Source of the DNA: Candidatus Bathyarchaeia archaeon
Lineage (GTDB): Archaea; Thermoproteota; Bathyarchaeia; Bathyarchaeales; Bathycorpusculaceae
Length of the DNA stretch: 41,627 nucleotides
Direction of reading: 5' to 3'
Assembly (NCBI GenBank): GCA_038883795.1
Contig: JAVZLK010000011.1
Coordinates: 1 to 41,627 of the forward strand
The translations under genes were made by a program, and so were the position numbers. The notes under the pieces are model-generated. The model did not search any database. It saw only the letters and a list, made by a program, of their open reading frames with translations, and was not told the origin of the DNA. Shown here piece by piece: positions 36,813-41,627 of the stretch (the first letter of the stretch is position 1; every line of letters starts with the position of its first letter).

Positions 36813-37217
36813 CTAAGCTGGCTTAAAATGGTATCTGGGCCATTGGGGCCATTGTTGTGTGGCGGCGCATGTTCCAAAGTCTAATGTTAAAGGCATGCCA
36901 ATCTTTATTTTTTCTAGGGCTACGCCTTTTATCATTCCTGGAATTTTTACTCCGTTTTCAAGTTGGACTATGCCAACAGCGTATGGTGCCATTCCTTGGA
37001 ATTGTGGTGGCGCAACATGAATAATTGTGTAGGTGAGGAGTTTTCCATTTTTTGGAAGTTCAACCCATTCGAATTCGTTTGAGAAGCATTTGTCGCATAA
37101 TGGTCTTGGTGGCAAGTGGATTTTGCCGCATTTTTTGCATTTTCCACCCATAAACTTTCCTTGAAGCATATTCTTATAGAACTGTTCTATTGTGAAGGGC
37201 GCTTGCTGCTCGCTCAT
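36813..37217 (-). CDS. DUF35 Zn-ribbon/OB-fold protein
   Basis: CKKCG...PPR..C..C, GKLLTYT, PY.VG.VQL; probable ATG at 37217 directly after the thiolase stop. Confidence 0.92.
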   Translation of the reverse strand: MSEQQAPFTIEQFYKNMLQGKFMGGKCKKCGKIHLPPRPLCDKCFSNEFEWVELPKNGKLLTYTIIHVAPPQFQGMAPYAVGIVQLENGVKIPGMIKGVALEKIKIGMPLTLDFGTCAATQQWPQWPRYHFKPA

Positions 37218-37218
37218 T

Positions 37219-38391
37219 TTAGTCCCTCCTGTAAATGTGAACCGCTGCAGTGGCGCCCGAACCCCCAACATTATGCGTCAAGCCTATTTCCGCATCCTTC
37301 ACTTGTCTTTTCTCGGCTTGTCCAGTCAATTGCAGATAAATTTCGTAGGCTTGGGCTGTGCCAGTTGCGCCTACAGGATGACCTTTTGCTTTTAATCCAC
37401 CGCTTGTGTTTACTGGAATTCTTCCGCCAAGCTTTGTTTCGCCTTTTTCGACTAAGCGTCCGCCTTCGCCTGGTTTGCAGAAGCCCAAGTCTTCGTAGGC
37501 TATTATTTCTGCTATTGTGAAGCAATCGTGAACTTCGGCAACATCAATTTCTTCTGGCGTTACACCAGCCATTTCGTAAGCCTTTTTGGCAGCCAGCTTC
37601 GCAGCGGTAAGCGATGTGAATTCTTCTCTTTCATACATTCCAATGGTGTCGCTTGCTTGTCCACTCCCAATAATGTGGACTGGCGTGTCTGTGTATTTTT
37701 TGGCGAGTTCGGGTTTTGTTAGGATTAGGCAGCTGGCGCCGTCAGTGATTAGGGAGCAATCATAAAGTTTAAGGGGCCAAGCAATAACCCGCGATGATAG
37801 GGCGGTTTCGAGGGTTACTTCCTTCTGCATGTGCGCTTTTGGGTTTAGGCTTCCATGATAATGGTTTTTTACGGCTACCGTAGCCATCTGCTGTTCTGTC
37901 GTGCCATACTTGTGCATGTGCGCCGTAGCCATTAAAGCAAACAAGCCTGGAAAGGTTATGCCATGCCATTGCTCGAAGGGATAATCGGAAGCCATGGCTA
38001 AATATTCGGTAACTTCAGGCGTTGACCGATGGGTCATTTTTTCCACGCCACCCACCATAACAACATTACATAAACCAGAAAGCACAGCATAAATTCCAGC
38101 CCGCAAAGCAGCGCCAGAAGAGGAACAGGCAGCTTCTACTCTCGTGGCTGGTATATGCAGTAATCCAGCCCAATCAGCCATTGTGGCGCCGCTATGTCCC
38201 TGATGCTCGTAGGATTCACCCATATGTCCAACAAAAAGGGCTTCAATATCCTTTTTAGGGTCTAGTTTTGGGCAGCGATCAAAGGCTTCCTTAGCAGCTT
38301 CAGCAAAAAGTTCTCGTGCATATAATCCATCCATTTTTCCAAATTTTGACAAGCCAGCAGAAACTATGGAAACGAGGGGTTTACCCTTCAA
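37219..38391 (-). CDS. Archaeal/SCP2-type thiolase (acetyl-CoA acetyltransferase-like)
   Basis: RVEAACSS catalytic Cys, EVHDCF, GHPVGATG. Confidence 0.93.
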   Translation of the reverse strand: MKGKPLVSIVSAGLSKFGKMDGLYARELFAEAAKEAFDRCPKLDPKKDIEALFVGHMGESYEHQGHSGATMADWAGLLHIPATRVEAACSSSGAALRAGIYAVLSGLCNVVMVGGVEKMTHRSTPEVTEYLAMASDYPFEQWHGITFPGLFALMATAHMHKYGTTEQQMATVAVKNHYHGSLNPKAHMQKEVTLETALSSRVIAWPLKLYDCSLITDGASCLILTKPELAKKYTDTPVHIIGSGQASDTIGMYEREEFTSLTAAKLAAKKAYEMAGVTPEEIDVAEVHDCFTIAEIIAYEDLGFCKPGEGGRLVEKGETKLGGRIPVNTSGGLKAKGHPVGATGTAQAYEIYLQLTGQAEKRQVKDAEIGLTHNVGGSGATAAVHIYRRD

Positions 38392-38519
38392 TTGGGTTTT
38401 CTCCTTTTCGTTAGCGTGTTAATGTGGAAAACCAAATAGTGTTGAGACGAGTATTTAAATATGTTAATCAACCTTTAGCCGTTTTCACGGAGAAAAATTA
38501 AAAATAGGGTTTGTTTGGG

Positions 38520-39209
38520 TTAAGATTTTGGTCCGAAAGTTTTTCTAACCCAAGCCAATGTTTTTTCCATGTCTTCTCTGAAACGTTTAAGTTCTTCTGG
38601 GGTTCTTTTTGGAGGTTTGGGTTCTTCTGCTGGTGTTGCGTAAACGTCTAGGAGGTCGCCTTTTGGCTGCTTCTCAATGTGTATGTTTACTTTTAAGCCT
38701 ATGTTCACTTTTTCTGGGTCTATGTTTCGCATTGTCATAGGCAAGCATGTGTTTGTTCCTTCTATTCGCACCATAGCACCGACAAGTGGTTGAAGATGCG
38801 CCATTGAAGGCCAAGCAATAGCCATAACAGTGTATGAGTAAACTTCGCCTTTCTTTGGAAGCTCAATCCAATTGGTTTCTTGAAGCCTACACTTTGGATT
38901 GTAGCAGTGAGCCCGTGGTGGACAATAGACTAATCCACATTTTGGACATTTAGTTCCATAAAGTTTGCCTTCTAAAAGGCCCATAAAGAATTTTGAGACT
39001 TTGCCGTAGCTGTGATGGTAGAAGTTTGCATGTGGTCTATGCACAATCATAAATTGTTCTGGCTTTAAATCGTTGAGCGTTGGGCCATCGTTCATTTCCA
39101 CAATTTTCCAGCCTACGGGTCGCCATCCGCCTTCCCGTTCCCACTTCTCCCAATATTTCTCATCAATCCTCTGTTCCCTTAACACTTTTTCTGGTCCAGG
39201 CTGCTTCAT
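38520..39209 (-). CDS. DUF35 Zn-ribbon/OB-fold protein with N- and C-terminal extensions
   Basis: GTKCPKCG..YCPPR.HC....C, GEVYSYT; probable ATG at 39209. Confidence 0.88.
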   Translation of the reverse strand: MKQPGPEKVLREQRIDEKYWEKWEREGGWRPVGWKIVEMNDGPTLNDLKPEQFMIVHRPHANFYHHSYGKVSKFFMGLLEGKLYGTKCPKCGLVYCPPRAHCYNPKCRLQETNWIELPKKGEVYSYTVMAIAWPSMAHLQPLVGAMVRIEGTNTCLPMTMRNIDPEKVNIGLKVNIHIEKQPKGDLLDVYATPAEEPKPPKRTPEELKRFREDMEKTLAWVRKTFGPKS

Positions 39210-39211
39210 TT

Positions 39212-40507
39212 TTACACCTCCAAAACCACGGCGCCTGCTTGGCAACCGGTGCCGCCATGACCATGTACAAAGCCTCTTTTTGGTTTGCTTAATTGTCTTC
39301 CAGGCGCACCCCATTTCTTGCCTATTTGGTTGCTTAATTGCCAATAAACGTCAACGACTTGCGCTATTGATGTCGAGCCTACAGCATGACCTTGAGCTGT
39401 TAAGGCGCCGCTGAGTTGGCATGGAAGTTCTCCGTCTGGAGCAATTACTCCTTCGCGGAGCAGTTTCTTTCCTTCTCCTCTTTTGCAGAAGTCGAAGTCT
39501 TCAAGAGCTGCTAAAACCACTCCAGCATACGGGTCGAAGATTTCAACTAGACTTATTTCTTTTCTCGGGTTTTTTATTCCAGCATCCTTGTAAGCCATTC
39601 TTGCGGCTACACGAAGCGAGCCAAAGTTTGTTAAGTCTGGGTAAGGCGACAGGGGACGAGGAATTTCTTTAGGCCATATTTTCTCGTCTTCTGGATACAA
39701 TCCTTTCCATGCTGGATTGTCTGGACGGTCTCCGGGCCGCATTGTGTCTGTTCCAAAGCCAACACCAGTTATCCAAACGGGATTGTCTGTTAATTTCTTC
39801 GTCATCTCCTCATTTGCCAAAAGCAAGGCTGAAGCCCCCTCGCTTGTCATGGCGCATTCAAGCAGTCTGTAAGGCCAAGAAATTAATCGTGATTTGTAGA
39901 CATCCTCCACCGTGATTTTGCTGAAGCCATGCTGAGCTGGCCATTGGGCGTATGGGTTGTCAAGAGAGTTGTTGTGGCAGAGAACGGCAACTTCAGCCAA
40001 GTCTTCTTCTGTTTCTCCATAGACATGCATGCGCCGAGTTTCAAGCGTAGCGTAAAAGGCGTTGTACGTGAAGCCTGAAACAAAGTCCCAGTCTGTGTCG
40101 CCAGCAATGGCTATTGCTTCGTTGACTTTTTGGATTGGCAGTTCATTCATTTTTTCCCATCCAACTACAAGAACCACGGGGAACATGCCTGAACGAATCC
40201 ATAAGGTTGCGTTTATTATGGCGTCGATGGGTGTTGCTCCGCCGGATTCAACTCGGAATGCTGGTACGCCGCTGAAGCCTAAGTAATCGTGGATTATCCA
40301 GTGCATGCATTGTTGCTGTTCGAGTATGTCGCTAAAATAGGAGTAGCAGCATGCATACCCTTTCTTTATGAAATCTCCAATTTCAAGGTCTGGCACATCA
40401 TCCAATACCATTTTAACTGCTTCTGCGCACATCTCTTCTTGCAGCGTATGCCTTGGATTGTCGAATCTTGATATGCCTCCTGCAACTATTCCAACTTTTT
40501 TCGACAA
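39212..40507 (-). CDS. Thiolase-fold protein lacking the catalytic Cys
   Basis: Paralog of the downstream thiolase with RVESGGAT in place of RVEAAC and EIFDPY in place of EVHDCF; GHAVG retained. Confidence 0.88.
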   Translation of the reverse strand: MSKKVGIVAGGISRFDNPRHTLQEEMCAEAVKMVLDDVPDLEIGDFIKKGYACCYSYFSDILEQQQCMHWIIHDYLGFSGVPAFRVESGGATPIDAIINATLWIRSGMFPVVLVVGWEKMNELPIQKVNEAIAIAGDTDWDFVSGFTYNAFYATLETRRMHVYGETEEDLAEVAVLCHNNSLDNPYAQWPAQHGFSKITVEDVYKSRLISWPYRLLECAMTSEGASALLLANEEMTKKLTDNPVWITGVGFGTDTMRPGDRPDNPAWKGLYPEDEKIWPKEIPRPLSPYPDLTNFGSLRVAARMAYKDAGIKNPRKEISLVEIFDPYAGVVLAALEDFDFCKRGEGKKLLREGVIAPDGELPCQLSGALTAQGHAVGSTSIAQVVDVYWQLSNQIGKKWGAPGRQLSKPKRGFVHGHGGTGCQAGAVVLEV

Positions 40508-40638
40508 TTCTCTTCACCTCATTTATGTGAAGGGTAGCTATTGAGCTAGGTGACTATAAGATTTTTGTGGAAAACTAAGCCCAAAATTATGAAGCATTTC
40601 AAGAATCTTTTTATAACATCTAACACCAATTTCAATGC

Positions 40639-41627
40639 ATGCAAATAATAAAGTTAGCCACTGCTTTACCAAAAAACGAGTATTCAACAGAAAAACTCTT
40701 AGAAGAGTTTCCATGCCAACTTCCCGAAGGCGTAAAACAAAACGTGCTTAACTTGGGAGTTCTAAAGCGTTATCTCATCAAAAACGCCAATTCGGAAACT
40801 GAATTGGTTGACCTTTGTACGGAAGCTTGCCAGAAAGCCGTCCAAAAGGTTGGCATACCAATTAGAAAATTTGGATTTTTTATTGCCGCTTATGATGCAA
40901 ATCCATTTTTAAGCCCAGGTTTAAGCCAGCTTCTCATTCGTAACATAGGTTTTAACCCCTATATTAGGCATGTTAACATTCAAGGAATAGCCAGCACAGC
41001 CTTTCCAAAAACATTGGAGATTGCAGAAAACTATCTTGCAGCCCACCATAAAGATTATGTGTTAATATGTGTTTCTGGGGTAAGCTCCTACTGGTTCCAA
41101 AATCAAGTAAGAGGCTTAAAGGATGTTATGGAAATTAGCCAAATACGCCAAATAAAAGATAAAGCAAAACAGCAGATGGAACTGCAAAAATGGATTGCAG
41201 TTATGGAGTATTTTCTTTTCGGAGACGGCGTAGCCGCCGCTGTTGTGGCGAATGGTGATGAAGGCTTGGCTTTTAAGAAAAGTGTTGAAGTTACAAACTA
41301 TGGTAAAAGGGACTATTTTGCTGGCTACGCTAGAATTTCAGCATTAAACGAGCCTTTCAAGTTTGGCTTTTACTCACATTTGGACAAGGAAATTCCACAA
41401 CTTGGAGTTAAATATACTGGTTTAGCCCTTAAGAAATTGCTTGGAAAAAATGTGAAGGAAACAATTAAAGCCGCAAGGAAATTGGCAATACACACTGGAA
41501 GCGAAAAAATCTTAAAAGCCATGGCGGAACACCATGGAATCAAACATGAAAAAATAAAGGAATCCCACGAAGTGCTTAAGGAATGTGGCAATCTTGCCGG
41601 AGCAAGCCTACCATTCATACTTGAAAG
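40639..41627 (+). CDS. Type III polyketide synthase/chalcone synthase-like protein (3' partial), Ser at the catalytic Cys position
   Basis: Absent from the ORF track because it has no stop in the window. Hand translation: MQIIKLATALP...LGVLKRY...SPGLS...QGIASTAF...FLFGDGVAAAVV...LDKEIP...AIHTGSEKIL...SHEVLKECGNLAGASLPFILE. Confidence 0.8.
   Translation, partial: MQIIKLATALPKNEYSTEKLLEEFPCQLPEGVKQNVLNLGVLKRYLIKNANSETELVDLCTEACQKAVQKVGIPIRKFGFFIAAYDANPFLSPGLSQLLIRNIGFNPYIRHVNIQGIASTAFPKTLEIAENYLAAHHKDYVLICVSGVSSYWFQNQVRGLKDVMEISQIRQIKDKAKQQMELQKWIAVMEYFLFGDGVAAAVVANGDEGLAFKKSVEVTNYGKRDYFAGYARISALNEPFKFGFYSHLDKEIPQLGVKYTGLALKKLLGKNVKETIKAARKLAIHTGSEKILKAMAEHHGIKHEKIKESHEVLKECGNLAGASLPFILE

Noticed and set aside
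19013-41618. Numerous 60-160 aa antisense or alternative-frame ORFs in the host region, including 41370-41618(-)
   Set aside because: Nested within well-supported genes and lacking motifs; 41370-41618 is antisense to the PKS-like gene.
1-41627. CRISPR array, rRNA, tRNA or IS element
   Set aside because: No regularly spaced repeats, RNA-gene signatures or transposase recognised by eye; a covariance-model scan would be needed to exclude small RNAs.

Overview
Archaeal chromosomal window. The gene set and style suggest Ca. Bathyarchaeia, but this is inferred, not searched. Positions 1-17.9 kb (minus strand) hold an apparently intact HK97-type head module and a short non-contractile tail module: prohead protease/scaffold, DUF2190 decoration protein, major capsid protein, portal, holin-like protein, adaptor, head closure, terminator, tail tube, tail-assembly chaperone with a candidate -1 frameshift, gp10, a 180-aa tape-measure-like protein, hub and a DUF2341/beta-propeller tip protein. 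No terminase, integrase, replication gene, tRNA or att site is visible. Host-type PEF-CTERM surface-protein genes split the cluster in two, the tail half has its own BRE/TATA promoter, and the upstream end abuts host signalling genes. The best hypothesis is a domesticated, gene-transfer-agent-like particle rather than an ordinary provirus. Positions 18-41.6 kb are host genes: RHH regulator, two DUF3227/NitrOD5-like proteins, PAS-GAF histidine kinase plus receiver, GNATs, ChrB-like protein, MFS, Hjc-like nuclease, nrdR-nrdD-nrdG with NrdR boxes, HADs, tldD/pmbA, a two-domain eukaryote-like Rpo5/RPB5, ModE-like regulator with a TauE transporter, two thiolase/DUF35 pairs (one lacking the catalytic Cys) and a type III PKS-like gene with Ser at the catalytic Cys position. 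All family assignments come from motif recognition by eye.
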